A stretch of 60,295 bases of DNA, the filler included, from Dimargaris cristalligena (Eukaryota): assembly GCA_003614675.1 (NCBI GenBank). It is 2 parts of 2 records of this genome, joined end to end, with 100 filler letters (N's around TTAATTAATTAA, not from the genome) between each part and the next. Parts side by side here need not be neighbours in the genome. Positions count along the whole stretch, not along the records: positions 1 to 30,109 come from ML002466.1; 1 more part is not named here. One strand, written 5' to 3'. A program made the translations under genes and the position numbers. Positions 11,765 through 25,130 of the stretch are shown one piece after another; the first letter of the stretch is position 1, and the number at the start of each line of letters is the position of its first letter. The notes below the pieces were generated by a model, which made no database searches, was not told the origin of the DNA, and saw only the letters and a list, made by a program, of their open reading frames with translations.

Positions 11765-14283
11765 GCTGGTTAAAACAACCTATACTATCTTAGTAAGACG
11801 GTTCCCTATAGCGGTGGGTTAGATTTAAACGCTGGCGAAGGCCGATTAAAAGGGGATTCGGAATAGCTCAATGTCAGCAGAACTTATATATATATATTTA
11901 TAAAGGCGAAGCGTGATGAGATTTTGCTAATTAAAATTAAAAAAAGAACGGGTTCGTAGAATTAGAGAAAAATTTAGGGTAAAAATAAGCTGTGGCTAAA
12001 ATAACGCAGGGGGTCCAACATTAGTAAAGTATAATAAAAAAAGCGTCACAATGCCCCTAAAGTAACTTGTTCTAACGTTATATAAAATGCAAAATAATCT
12101 AGAATGAACAGCGGGTAGCAGTCGAACTGGGCTCCGTAGTGGAGTAGTATAGCCAATAGTTAGGGTAATGCAAAAACAATAACATGGTAATATATATAAT
12201 GTGTCTATATATACCGAGTTGAGCCCACAGAAGGAAAATAGCAGGCGCTGGGATTTAATTAAGAATAAAGTGCGTAGGGATAAGGAGAACGCGTGGAGAA
12301 GATATACGGTGATTTCAAGCTCTTTAGAGGTAAAGATGCTCCTATGTGCACCTAAAGTTGGTGTAAATAACATAACAGAATCTTCAACCACTGGCGGCGG
12401 CGGGGAGCTACTATTTATTGCGGCAATATGTCATGCCAAGGGATAGTGACCATTGAGAGACCCAGGGCGAACGCATCGGAGGGTAGAGAAGGGGGAGGTG
12501 GGCAAAGGTCAAGGAAGTTGGACTGGTGACTACAGGGATCACGGGAGGTACGCGGGTCGTGGCACCAGCGAAAACCAGTGAGAATCCAACCGCTCAAATG
12601 GGCCTTCCACTGAGCAGAAGAGAGACGGTGCGGTGGTTTGGCTTGGAAAGTGGAGACAACGGGGTGAACCATGGACATGTTTAGTTACATCGAAATCAAA
12701 AGTGTAAGTGGAGTAAAAACAAGGCAGGGGGAAGTCTAATGGATATGGCCAGCTGGGTTTGTACACCCGTTTGTAGGTGACACCAGCGTATCCTCAACAC
12801 GCCAGGAAGGATGGCTCCTTTCGTTCTTCCTATTACACCTTACCACCCTCGCCTATCGCCTAAACATGCCAACGACAAGCCTTTATTAATTGGCAATGGA
12901 AAGAGAAAGGCATAGGAGTCGGCGCACACGCTGTTGTAATCGATACCAACGACCAGGGAGTCGACTAGAACATAGTGATATTTAGTCGTAACACTTTAAT
13001 TCTAGCTGCCCCGGTACTATTTATCGAGCATTTTAATCAAACCCTAAACCTAAAGGCCAACCATACCATACCATATTATTTAATATAGGATCTGCGATTG
13101 CTGGTAAGTGTAGAATTCACTGGTATTGAAACCATAGCATTAATTGGGCCCAGACAGTTGTCATATCTGTCGATTAAGGATGCTACGCCGATCTGGTAGT
13201 ACATTTTAGGAAACTTGTGTATGGGAATGCTATATAAACGGGGGAGAGGGGAATGTGGTAAAATAGCAGCGTATTAAGCGTTTCCTATTTCCTATTTCCT
13301 CTGGCATTTGGCCATGAAAGTATAGCTGGGCAGAGGATATACTTACTGAGTCAATAGAAAGCGGGCATAGGAGGGCCCCCTCCACTGTTGTCCACCCTCT
13401 CGGGTTTTAGGTGAGCACATGCTGGTGCCACTTATACCTTTTTCTCCATCAGGGATAACTCTTGTTCGAAGGTAATAAAATGGATTGTCGACCCAAACCA
13501 TATAGCTGTGCGCTAAGGAAACAAATCGAACTTGATTTTATCGATAACCCCCCCCCCCCACTCACTAAATGAGGTAATGAATACAACGTCACTATTTCCC
13601 CATTCGAACACGTATATATATATATATAACTAGACAAGTCGATTTAGAGACACTTCTTTTAATTCCTGATTCGATTAAGGCCAGGCGTACGGGCGTGTTG
13701 TAGAAGCACCGAACTCCCTCATTATAAATAAGTAGGGTAGTGTTACTTGCACTTAAGATCACTTTACAAAAAAACATACGATGTAGCTCCCCTAAAAGAG
13801 TTTAAACTAAGACCCTCGAAAGTTGGCTGAATAACTATTACAACTGGGTTTTACAAAACTGGATGCTGCTTGATGGGCTACAAAAAGAATGTTCTATTGT
13901 ACTCCCCCTCCAGCCTTTTGCGCCTGTATCCTGACTTATTTTGGTCATTTAACAGGCAGTAACTCAGCAACCCAATAGTTTGGTGCTTCAAACTGTGAAA
14001 GCCCTACATAATATAAATGCAATATTTTCTCAACACAGCAAAGCTCCTGGCTGCTCGTAAATAAATAATTGACAGCCACCATTAGAGTCAGCTACGGGAA
14101 TAATAGTCCCTTTTTTCCCCGCTTCTCAGCTCAGTCCAAATCATCCTTATACTATGGCCAGGTAAAGTATGTAACCGCTGGAGCCACTATACCACCAAGC
14201 TTCTCATTTCCCAGGCCACTCACCTCATCCTCATTTTCGATTCCGTATTGACGCATTCCTTCGTTACATTAATTCATTCCGCC

Positions 14284-14826
14284 ATGAACGACGATTTCAA
14301 TAAACGCCTCGACTCTGAAATGGACGTCCTGATGGATTCCTTCACGGACATTATTGTCGGTGCGAAGGTAAGAATGCCGCCCTTGTCCCACCCTGCATTG
14401 TTCTCTCTACTTTAAATGATAAAACCTCGGGTCGGCGCCTATCCCGGTTGGCCGCATCGGATGTTTCGCTCCAGGTTCCTCATGCATCCCCGAACCCCAC
14501 ATCTACCATCACCTATACTGCCTCCAACTCTCTAGATTCAAGCCAAAGACACGCTCGCCCTGGACCAGGAGGGTTACCTTATCGACTGTCGCGCCACCAC
14601 GATTGTTCGGTCTTGCGAAACCCTCCTAGCCATGATATCCTCGATTAAACAGTCGCTTTTGCTTAATGATACTCGGAGTATCAATGCGATCACCCAAGCC
14701 CACCGCGAAAAGGCCCAGGGCCAAATCGCCGCCACCCAAAAGACCTACCAGCATCTGGCTACTGAAGTAGACCAAATGCTGAACGAACTGCAGTCTACAC
14801 TTCGTGTATCTAGATACGTTCGATAA
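14284..14826 (+). CDS. MED22: Mediator subunit Med22 (Srb6/Surf5 family); exons 14284-14367 and 14536-14826, 124 aa
   Basis: Spliced product MNDDFNKRLDSEMDVLMDSFTDIIVGAK|IQAKDTLALDQEGYLIDCRATTIVRSCETLLAMISSIKQSLLLND matches the Med22 pattern. The gtaag...ctag intron preserves frame. Confidence 0.85.
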
Positions 14827-15233
14827 ACCAACCGTAAATCACCCGTCCTAGTATTCCAAAGCAAAAAAAAACATACGGGGTTAATTCTTAGGGCGGCATA
14901 AAAGTCCTCTTAGCTTATCTAGATATCCTTTTTTAATGGTGCCCACCTTGTATTTTAGTCTAGCGATCACACCACTGATGCATCAGGCATCCACCACGTT
15001 TAAAGGGGCATCTTCATCAGCAGCATATTTTAGCAATCTCGGTATATTTATAGGGGATTTCGAAGTTTTAGCCTGGAAATAAAATCGCGATAAAGTCCAG
15101 CTGTTAAAGACGGCGCAGTGCGGATCCGGGTAAAGGGGAAAGCTAATAGTAGGACACATGCAAATGAACAATAAAAATAAAATGAAGTATGGTGAATGCT
15201 GAACCCTAGCCCTGAAAACCAACCATCTCACCT

Positions 15234-17635
15234 CTATACAGTATGCTGGAACCGATAGGGTTGGTATTCGATGGGTGGTCCAGCGGCCATCATACTACTA
15301 TTGGGATTGAGGGGTTCGTGGATGGACGACCTCTGATCCTTCCGAATATCCACCCAGGTCTCGAATGAAAAGTCGCGTGAACAGCGTCTAACGAGCCAAA
15401 ACAAGAATACAATAACCGCCATTCCTCCGACAATACTAATCGAAACTCCGGCTACGCTCATTTTGCGAACGGTTTTGTTTTCGTTGTTGAGCATGGTGAC
15501 GAGGAGGGCGGTCCATAGGATACAGCAGAAGCTGGCGCTGCGCCAGTAGTTGATTTGGTCGACGTAGCAGGGGCGCATTTTGATATTGACGCAGACAAGG
15601 ACGATCATAATCACGAGCGATAGGATGCTACGCAAGTGATTGAAGTCGTTGGGAACCAGCAGGAAATCGATCGTCAAGAGCAAACCTAATTAATGGGCGG
15701 AGTAGTCAATAGGTAGATGGGTTAGTTCATAGGAAAGGTATTGGTAAATTGGCAACAGGCAGATGGGTTAATCATGCGCTAGAAGGAGGGAGGCGGTCCA
15801 GAGGTATATCAATTTCATAAGTCTCTATTAGGTCCCAGTGAGCAATTGTTGACCAGGACACAATAGCACTTACTCATGTTTTTGATCATGGCGATGGCCT
15901 TGGACTTGAACAGAATTTCACCCTCTACGGGTGTGCGATCGTAAGAGGTCACAAACGTCGTCATCATCAAGTAGGCCACGGTATAACCAACGATCGATGC
16001 CACAAAGTAAGCCACCGGCTGGATACTGGGACTGTGGCATTTAAAAAAATTACCCCGATCAATGTCCTGAGTGACGCTAAAATTATCGACATCGGCCGCG
16101 GCGGCAAATACTTGTTTGGATAGACACTGGGCTGAACTCACAAACACGCACAAAATGGGCAGGTAGAGCAGCGAAACGATGGGCACAAAGTAGCTGACCC
16201 AGTAAATGGGCAACGTGCGCCCCTGGTCACGGCGTTTCTCCGAACTATTAATCACGTGGAACAGCAGGGAGAAGATGAAGAAGACCAATACCGTGGTGAA
16301 CACGGTCCAGAACAAAATCACGTACAGCGAGGACGAGAGACGCGGAAAGAAGGAGGTTAGGGCTAGGATCACATCCACGGTGCCGATGGCCGAGTCTTCC
16401 ACGGCCACGATGGTGGTGTTTTTAAGCAGGTCCTGAAGCGGAAATGACAGCAGCTGGATAAATTCGACAATCAAAATCACGATTTGCATGGTATTCTGCC
16501 AGTTGCGTTCGTAGTGGTTATAAACCGTCTTGTTGAGAATGTGGTGTTTGGTTTGATCCAGAGCAAGCGTTTTCCGCCGTTCATAATAAAGGTGCTGGCG
16601 GGTCATGTAGAAAAAGTTGAGCATGATGAAGAACAGGAATGTACCAGCCATCATAACTTCTTCGCTGGTTTGCCGGTCGGCCTGAATGTCAGCCGAGCGT
16701 AGAGCGTCGGTGGGTTTTGATGCTGAATTCTCCCGGCGTACGAGGGTGCTGTTGAAACCAGCGGAGGGCGATATACTAGAAGTGGGGGGGGTCCAAGCCC
16801 AATCCTGTGTATTGGAAGGGGACTCCAATGGATAGACTAATGGTGGCGTATTGCTTTTCTGAGCCGACCATTCCCGATGGGTGCTGGTGGTATTGGCATG
16901 GGTCGTATTGTAAAATGAACCCGACAAGGAACCTTTGAGCAAGCCGGCCAGGAGAATGCCAAAGGCCATGATGATGCCAGCCACGAAACACCAGCTGATA
17001 AGGTGGTGAACTCGGAAAGGCTTCATATTGGACCACGAATAGGGCATACTGCGGAGGGTGCGAAGCTGGGCGTGCAGATTCTCGACCAGGTTTTCCACCT
17101 CGCGCTGGGTTTGCATGCGCTCGAGTAGGACCACCTCGGGTTCCTTGAACCTGTCCGTGATATAGAAATAGAGCAGGGTACCTACGATGGAGACGAATAT
17201 TAATACGAAGAAACAGCTCACCACAATGATGTCGCCCTTGGTGACCCCGGCGGTGGTGGGTAGTGGAGTCGCAGTGGCAGTGGTAGGAGTAGCGGCGGTG
17301 GCAGTAGCACTAACAGTTTCGGCGGTAGTTGCTATTGCCGTCGCGGTAGCAGTCTGGGATTGCAGAGTGTTCATAGCACTGCTTGCTTCGACTTCAGTAC
17401 TGGGTGGTTCGGTGGCCACGGCCGCTGAGTTTGAGACCACAGCGGACTCGGGCGCCACTGCTGGTGGTTGGGGCAGGAGGGAGGGCGAGTCTTGGGGTTG
17501 TCGCTTAACCAAAGCCGGGCCAGGGCTCAGATGCAGTGAGGTCGAATCGAAGTGGGCGCTCACGCCCCACCCTGGGGCAGGAGAGTGTTGAAGGCCACCG
17601 CAAAGGGCCAGGGCTATGAACAGCCAATGAAACAT
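15234..17635 (-). CDS. Unknown multi-pass membrane protein with signal peptide and Ser/Thr-rich stalk; exons 17635-15874 and 15685-15234
   Basis: Signal peptide MFHWLFIALALCGG, a T/A/S-rich segment and about 10 hydrophobic helices. A gtaagt...attag intron (15873-15686) joins the two ORFs in frame (KNMS|LLLTIDF). Confidence 0.8.
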
Positions 17636-19373
17636 GTTGCGTTGGCGGCAATTGGCGTACCGGACGATGGGGCGTAGGTGGCTTCACTGCAAAACGAACG
17701 CAATGGAGGGCTGGGGTATTGTACAATGTCCAGGAAGAAATAGAGTGAACGCCCAAGAGATGGACCAATGACTCGCTGAGTTAGTGTTTAAATCGAGAGG
17801 GGGGTGCTTCATTGAGTAAATAACCAGCGGGCTGAAATGTCCCCCTGGGTCGTTGGTTAAGCACTGGTTAAACCCAAATATCAGTCTCAGGGGGTGAGGA
17901 AAGATAAACAATAAACAATGCCTCAGAATAACCCCGCCACAGCCCAAGGTTACACGGCCCCATATATTTTTATGATTCAATTAATTCCCCGCTATTCGGA
18001 AATATCAGAAAATAAAAACCCCGTCCTGGGATATTTATTGGATTGGCCCTGCTTCCTCTATCCCAAACTATTACTTTAAAGTCTGGCCAAATAAGGAGCT
18101 TTCTTAATGTGTTTGGCTAGAGCATGTATATATATTCGCCAATATCGCGGTTGAAATCCCAGGCTGGTGCTTAAGCCGAGATACTACCCTAACTAGTATT
18201 TTATTTCGGTTACATTTTATTCCGGTCGTCATTGAAGCCACATGGATCCGTATTGTTGGCTATTAATTCCCAAGTTATTCCCAAATCTTAAGTGGCCCAT
18301 ACCCAGCCTCTTGGATGAAACCAGTCACTAAATGTAGCATCACGGCGGCACCGGTAGCAGCAGGAAAGACAAGGAAATAGGTCGGCGGGTTCTGCACCAA
18401 GTCCCCATTACACCTGCTAAGCCAAGCTCCGAGCTGGCAATTTAATACTACAGTGTACGGCTACTTAGGAATACGTTATTTTATACTTTTAATTTTCATC
18501 TACCTACACTCTGTATTATGCCTATATAAGGTACCTCTCAGGTTTAAGAAGACACTTCCTTATAGAGCTATCTATTCAGGAATTGGCTATTTTATTTATC
18601 TGTAAAGCTGAATCGTGCTGGCTATGGTATTATCTCATATACGCCCAATTTCTACCTTAGTGGTATGCATTAGCACTATAGAACTGCCCGTATTGCCCAC
18701 TAACATGGGGTGGCACAAGCCTTATGAGTGTTGGTTATTTTAGTTCAAAGGATCTCCACTTATAAAGAGGCAATGGAACTATCTGGAATTTTTATAACCA
18801 AAGCTGCTGTGTGATTAGTTCATGGTGGAACTCAAGATTAGATAAATGGGCTGCCAATGGCACAGTATTATTGGGACATCGGGTCTGGCCAATAGGACGT
18901 CAATGGGGTAAGTAGGTTTTGGACTGCGCCGCGTTGCTACTCAATTCACCTTGAGTGATTTAGTTGGCTGTTATAACGTAGCGAGCAAAAATTTCATTCA
19001 GCCAGGAGACAGAACAGAGCGTAATGCCACTTAGGTAGACGCCCCACACAATTCCCTCTTTCCATTCAACCAAGACGGAGTCCAAGGATTTCATTCTTAT
19101 TGTTGAATTAAGTTATTATTTTTGCCTTTATTACGTTATTCTAGCAACGCCCAATGCGTCTCTAGGGCTATTTATTCAACAACCCTCACTGCCCCTCTCG
19201 TAGCCTGAGGCTCTCTCTGATTAGTCTTAATATTTCATTCCCGTCCCCTACTGAACACCACCAATCGATCAAGGAAGGTCTTCGAATCCTCATTTGCAGT
19301 TGATCCAACACCACCCGCAACAAAGATTTAACCACACTCCCCTGAGTCAGCCCATTCTTTTGCCTCGTCCACC

Positions 19374-21184
19374 ATGTCCATCCGAACCGCTCTACTTCCT
19401 CGACAGCGGGCAGTCAGCGCCGCTTTACGCAGCCGTGGCAAGTCCAGTTCCTCCCGCACCCTATCTTCAGTAACCGAGTCGCACCAAGGGCGCTCGGTTC
19501 CGGCGACCTCCACCCGCACGAACCCACGGACCAGCACCCCTTCCCCTTTGAAATCAGCATCGACCAGCCGCTGCTCGTTTGCGCACCCCGGACCCTCTTC
19601 TTCCCGAGGTTTCCATACTTCAGCTATCTTGACCAACAAGAAGGATTATTACGATCTCCTGGGGGTTAAGCGGGATGCTTCCCAGGGCGAAATCAAGAAG
19701 GCCTACTATGCCCTGGCCAAAAAGTACCATCCCGATACGAACCAGTCGAAAGATGCCCGGGAAAAATTCGTGGAAATCCAGGAAGCGTATGAAACCTTAT
19801 CCGATCAACAAAAGCGTGCCGGGTACGATCAATTTGGGCACAATGGATTTAATGGTAAGTGGCCACATTTATTCGACTGGGGTTCCAGTAGATGGTCTCC
19901 TCTTTCCTGGGTGACATTTTGGTATTCAACTGCTGTTATATAGTGACTTTGATTGGATAACTGATGTCCGATGGCTGATTCATATTGTCTACCATTATCT
20001 AATTCTAATGCAATCACTTCTACCTGATTTTTTCGCTTGAACCAGGCCAAGGCCATCCGTTTGGTGCCGGTGGATTCCCCGGAGGCGAGGCTGGTGGCTT
20101 CCCAGGGGGCTTTGATGCCTCCGATCTCTTCAGCCATATATTCGGCGGAGCCATGGGAGGAGGCGGCCGCCAGGCCGGGCGGCGTGGTGGCCGGGCCAGT
20201 CGAGGCCCCGAAAAGGGAGACCCCATTGAAAAGGTGATTACCATTTCGTTCATGGATGCTGTCAAGGGCTGTAAGAAGAGCGTCAGCATTACCCCAATTG
20301 TCGACTGCGGTACCTGCCACGGTTCGGGTCTGAAGACAGGGGCCAAGCCGTCCAAGTGTACTAGGTGTAATGGTACGGGACAAGAAACCTTTGTGATCCA
20401 GGCCGGGTTTCAAATGGCCTCGGTGTGCAGTGCCTGTGATGGTACGGGAGTCGTGGTTAAACGCGGTGACCAATGCCGTACCTGCGACGGAGCGGGTAGC
20501 GTGCGCGAGTCACAATCTATTGAAGTGGACATCCCAGCCGGTATTGATCAGGGCATGCGGATCCGGGTGCCCGGTAAGGGCAATGCCCCTATTGACCGCG
20601 AACCTGGCCAGGCCAACCGCGGTGTATCCGGCGATCTGTTCGTAAGCGTGAAAATCCAGCCCTCTGCGGTCTTCACCCGCCAGGGTAACGACATTTTCAC
20701 CGATCTGACCCTTCCCTTACACGTGGCCCTTCTGGGTGGCTACATCCGTGTACCTACCATCAACGGCGAGGTGGAAATGAAAGTCCCTAAGAATATTCAA
20801 CCCGGTGACAAATCGATGCTGCGCGGTCTAGGCATTCCCCACCTTAATAGTTCTGCCAAGGGTAACCAGTACGTCAATATCAAGGTTAAACTGCCGTCCA
20901 CTCCATTAGATGCCAAGCAGACCGAATTGATAGAACAGTTCGCCGTAGAATCCGAGCGTCGCCATCCCACCCAAAACTGGCGCCGTGATGGAACAGCTGC
21001 TTCCTCTGGTAGTGGGGAGACCGGCAATGGTGGTACTGCCACCAACAAAACCGACGATTCCTCATCGGCTTCGTCCACCCCGTCAGACAATGACAAATCA
21101 TCGAAGCCGGCCAGCTTCTTCAAGTCGGCGATGGATAAGCTTCGGCACCAAATCGACAAGAAAAACCAAGGTGACGATCAGTAA
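19374..21184 (+). CDS. MDJ1: Mitochondrial class A DnaJ co-chaperone (Mdj1-like); exons 19374-19854 and 20046-21184
   Basis: R/S-rich presequence ending RGFHTSA, J domain with HPD (KKYHPD), G/F-rich region, four CxxCxGxG repeats and a DnaJ C-terminal domain. The gtaagt...accag intron keeps frame. Confidence 0.92.
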
Positions 21185-23399
21185 TGACTGTATACCTGGC
21201 ATCTCTTTCGTGATGGACACTGCGCCGTATTATAATTGTCCAGCTGTTACATATAGATGAAGTCGTCTTATTTTTGGCACATCTCTAAAAGTCGCGTACC
21301 TTCCCTTGTTGTTTGTGAATTGTCGTTAGAACATCCTGCATCTACCCATTTATCCTTTCTTCTTGAATAGCATTGGTTTAGACCGGTGCTTTTGAATAAC
21401 TTTGCAATCTTCTATTAAATATTATGCTATGATACCAGTTGACCATAGTGGCAGCTGGCGGTAGGGCTACTCGGATTTAAAATTGCAATATGGGAGTACA
21501 GTAAGTTGCTTTTTGATTGCTCAGTTTGATTTTGAGCAATGGCATTAATAATAACCTCCTAGGTCTTTTTAACGTATACTTATTAAACGTACCATATGGG
21601 CGAAATTCATCAACAATATATACGATTTTTACCTATGTATGGTTGGTCTTGTAAGGCGTTCTATTTATTGTTTACCGGCAATGTCCGTCACATCAAATGT
21701 ACGGTTCATTATACGGCCTGTTTGAACAATCCCCAGATGAACCCCTTTAATTTGCCGGGACTGGGGCGAATATGCAGTGGGGATTGGATCGGCTGTATAG
21801 AGACGAACCCAGATGTCGGGTCAGATGTCTCCTGCTGAATAAATGCCACATTAGCCATCCCGCAGGCATTTCATCCAGATACCATTATTATTGTACTTCG
21901 TCCACGCATATAAACGGCTAAGTGGGGATACTAAAACCACTAACTGCCATTAGTATCGATCGTAATTTTAGAATGAAACGTCGTGGCAATTTGGGCCTCC
22001 CCATTGATAATAAGGCTATAATAGTATACAATTTTACCTACCTCCCCTCCCCAAGCGAGCATTATTTGACCGGCTTTAGCTGACTGATGTGCCGATGCTC
22101 ATTCACTGCTTATTATAATTCAAGTACATCCCTGTCGCCCCCGATTATTTTGTTTAGCTTGTAACGGGCCACACCGCCAATATATTAGTCAGTGTTACAT
22201 CTAGCAGGTTAGGAGGATCTGCGCCCGTCTGTGATGATCAAAACGAACAGCTCCCGCTCCCCCTGGAACGAGTAGCTTTCTTCCTCTAGTATTCCCGTAG
22301 CAATATATCGGTTTAACAATACTCTCCCATCCCCCGTCCGCATGTAACAAGCTAAAGGGTTACATGTCCAACTGGCACTAGTTGGCCCAACATATTTATG
22401 GTGTCCATTCTGCAGGATCGCCTTCCTTCCCCCTCTTATGCATACTCCTCACCTCTCAGTGGATTTCATTGGGTCTCGATCTTCGCATTTAGGCCTGCAT
22501 TGCACTATACTCCCATAATATCGATGTTGGGGAGGCATGTTCAGCCCAAAGAACAATACCAGAGAGTTCGCCACCAATAAACCAAATGACAGGCGGAATA
22601 AACCAAATCCCTGCACTAGCCACTTCCGTCTATATTCGGCCAACATAATAGAATGTCCACTGCCAGGCATGGTGCAGCATCAAAATGGGTTGACATCCAA
22701 CACTGGTAATAGAATAGGATAATTTGAATGACGCGGACTGTTATATTAAGTGGGTAATCAAGTATATCATAGGAGCAAATGTAGCCCGGCTTGTGTACCT
22801 GCCATATGCCACTGTGTTTCGGTGGCACAATACTCCGGCCATTGACAAACGGGAGGAGGGTATGAACCAATATGTAACGGGGCTTTGGTGGGTAAAGAAG
22901 AAATGGCGCGTATTCCTTTAGTGAATAATCTATCCTTAAACGATGGCTATACAATGCAATACCCCGATGGAGGCTTCCATTCACTGGGCCCTGTATGGCA
23001 CTAACTGCGTTGTGTAGCCCTATCCAGATGTTGATACACAATAGCAAGATAGTTCAATATGCCCTTCGCAGACTTTAGAATAAACGGGGCGATTTGAAAG
23101 CTGCAGGGCAATATCTGACTAAAATTATATAGGTCGTTCAGAGTCGCCAGTTGAACGGACACTGTTATTATAACAATATACATAGACGGGGCCCCGCCTC
23201 TACATCTAAATATCGTCCATTACATTTGGGATACACATTGACCTATTCCATTACATATATACTCACCATTCCATTATATCTCCATCTCCCAACCGATCTA
23301 TTCAGCCGTCAAGTTTGTATTGATTTGAAGTCAAAAATCCACCCTTTTCTGGCGTAGCTTAGTCAGGCATTGTATCTCTGGCTATTTTTTGTCATCAAA

Positions 23400-24134
23400 A
23401 TGCGTTTCGTTGGAGCCGCTTGTCTTTTTTTACTAGGCTCACTCACCGTCAACGGAGCCTCCGGGCAGTATTATCATAATGATATTGACGACTTCCTTTA
23501 TGTCAGCAGCCCTGGCAGCATGTTTGACGAAGCAGCTGAAAATCTAGTCAACGATCCCGTTTTCCAGGTTTTGCCGACGAAACGGCAGCTAGAGCTTATG
23601 GAACAATTAGGAAGTAGCCATTTGGCTAACAATAATGCCCTTCCCGAAGATCACACGAGCAACGAGGGCTTAGGATATACTCAAGGCAATGAACAGCGGG
23701 CCATCATTAGTCAGTTCACCCAAGGATCCGGGTCTATGGATTCATATTACAGCGCCGGGGACAGTGGTTCCGGCTCGGGAAGTGGAAGTCTCCCCTTTCC
23801 AGCGGCCCAGTACTTCTGCACCCAGGTGCCAATGGACCAGGATAGCGTCAGGGTGCAACAACCACGGGTGCTCCAAAGCAATAACGTACATCGGGATACG
23901 GGTTGTGAGGTGAAACCATTGGATTGTCTGGTATGCCATAAACCATTCACCCGACTGCATGATCTCAACCGGCATTTACGTATTCACACAGGCGAAAAAC
24001 CTTACGCCTGTAAATTATGTGGTGAAAAATTTGGTCGTTCAGATCGCCTGAAATCCCATGAGAGAGAGAAGTGCCCTGGTCGAAGTGCTGAAGGGTCCTC
24101 TTACACCGAATTATTACATCTGCCGACAAGCTAA
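23400..24134 (+). CDS. Signal-peptide-bearing C2H2 zinc-finger protein, paralog 1 (244 aa, intronless)
   Basis: ATG in aaaATG context; [22 protein letters not shown] is signal-peptide-like. C-terminal [49 protein letters not shown]. Confidence 0.88.
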   Translation: [244 protein letters not shown]

Positions 24135-24422
24135 TTCGGCTGTGCTATACCCCCCCCTGCTCACAGATGTCCTCGGCTACCGTCATTGGGGCAGTACTTT
24201 TGAACCAAGCCTTATCCATAAGACTATAGATCTCCTAGCCTCTTCTCTTTTATAAAGCCTCGCCTGTCAGGCCCATTTCGACAAATAGATAATTGGATGT
24301 CACAAAATTACACCGAAAGGGGGGCTGGGCCGCTACATTTCTATTGGCACTCTTTCAAAACAATAAACCCCCATTTTATCAAAGTAATTATCTTTGGGGA
24401 CAAATTGATAAACCCAGCCTAT

Positions 24423-25130
24423 TGTTAGGCCGGCGTTTTGAGGTCCTCCAATCTTGGGACTGAGGATGGGGCTGATGCCTTTCCCTTTGTTCGGGAAGAG
24501 AGGGTGGCCAGACGTCGGTTTTGAGGGGCCAGCGCCTGGGGTGACCATCGGGTACTCGGGGAAAAGTCCTTCCGCTAGAAGCCGTCAGTGTAACTGAAGG
24601 TCGCTGGGTGAAGCTAAGAACATATATTTATTTCGTATGGATCTCGAAGAATAGCTTGCCGTTTCAAGGGCCAAAGGTAGAGGTATATATATAAGAACTG
24701 GAAAGAGCGCTAAACTAAACTATAACTAAGATGATTCTGTTGTGGGGATTAGCTGGAGACTATAAAACCCTTGTTGAAAGGGGGAATACTGGTCGGGCTA
24801 CGGGAATTATGTTGCTTGAAATGGTTTGGAAGACGATAGAATTAGTGTGGAAGGTGGAAGTCCGTCGGGCGATCAGAACATTCATAGGGTTGTGGTCACT
24901 TTGGGAAGAGTAACTGGGTGAGGATGGAGATCTTGATGCTTCTTGATCCCTTTTGGTAGGTTGAGGTGGATTATTTCATCCGGTGTGATGATGGATGAGG
25001 TTTCGTGAAGGTGAGTAGTGTGGCAGGGTCGGTATCTCGAATGGGTCATTAGTGTCCTCCGGGCTTCCATGGGAGTCGACTAGGATTGGCGCTTGAGTTC
25101 TAGGGTTACTAGGAGGTGGCAGGGTGTTAA
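24423..25130 (-). mobile_element. Degenerate LTR-like element (related copy at ~29257-29750)
   Basis: On the minus strand the order is TATA-like run (~24684-24694), AATAAA (~24627-24632), then terminal ...GGCCTAACA at 24423. A diverged second copy starts tgttaggcc at 29257. The other end and the TSD are unclear. Confidence 0.45.

Larger units (their letters stand above)
21400..25130 (+). repeat. Unit 1 of a ~4 kb diverged tandem duplication (boundaries approximate)
   Basis: Colinear matches to unit 2: 21708-21727~25658-25677, 22010-22150~26030-26160, 22530-24110~26350-27920, 24131-24420~28164-29020 and 24423-24695~29257-29715. Confidence 0.75.

Noticed and set aside
23370-23399. Ten extra N-terminal codons in the ORF track for zinc-finger paralog 1
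   Set aside because: They start at TTG. The ATG at 23400 aligns with the paralog's ATG and has aaaATG context.
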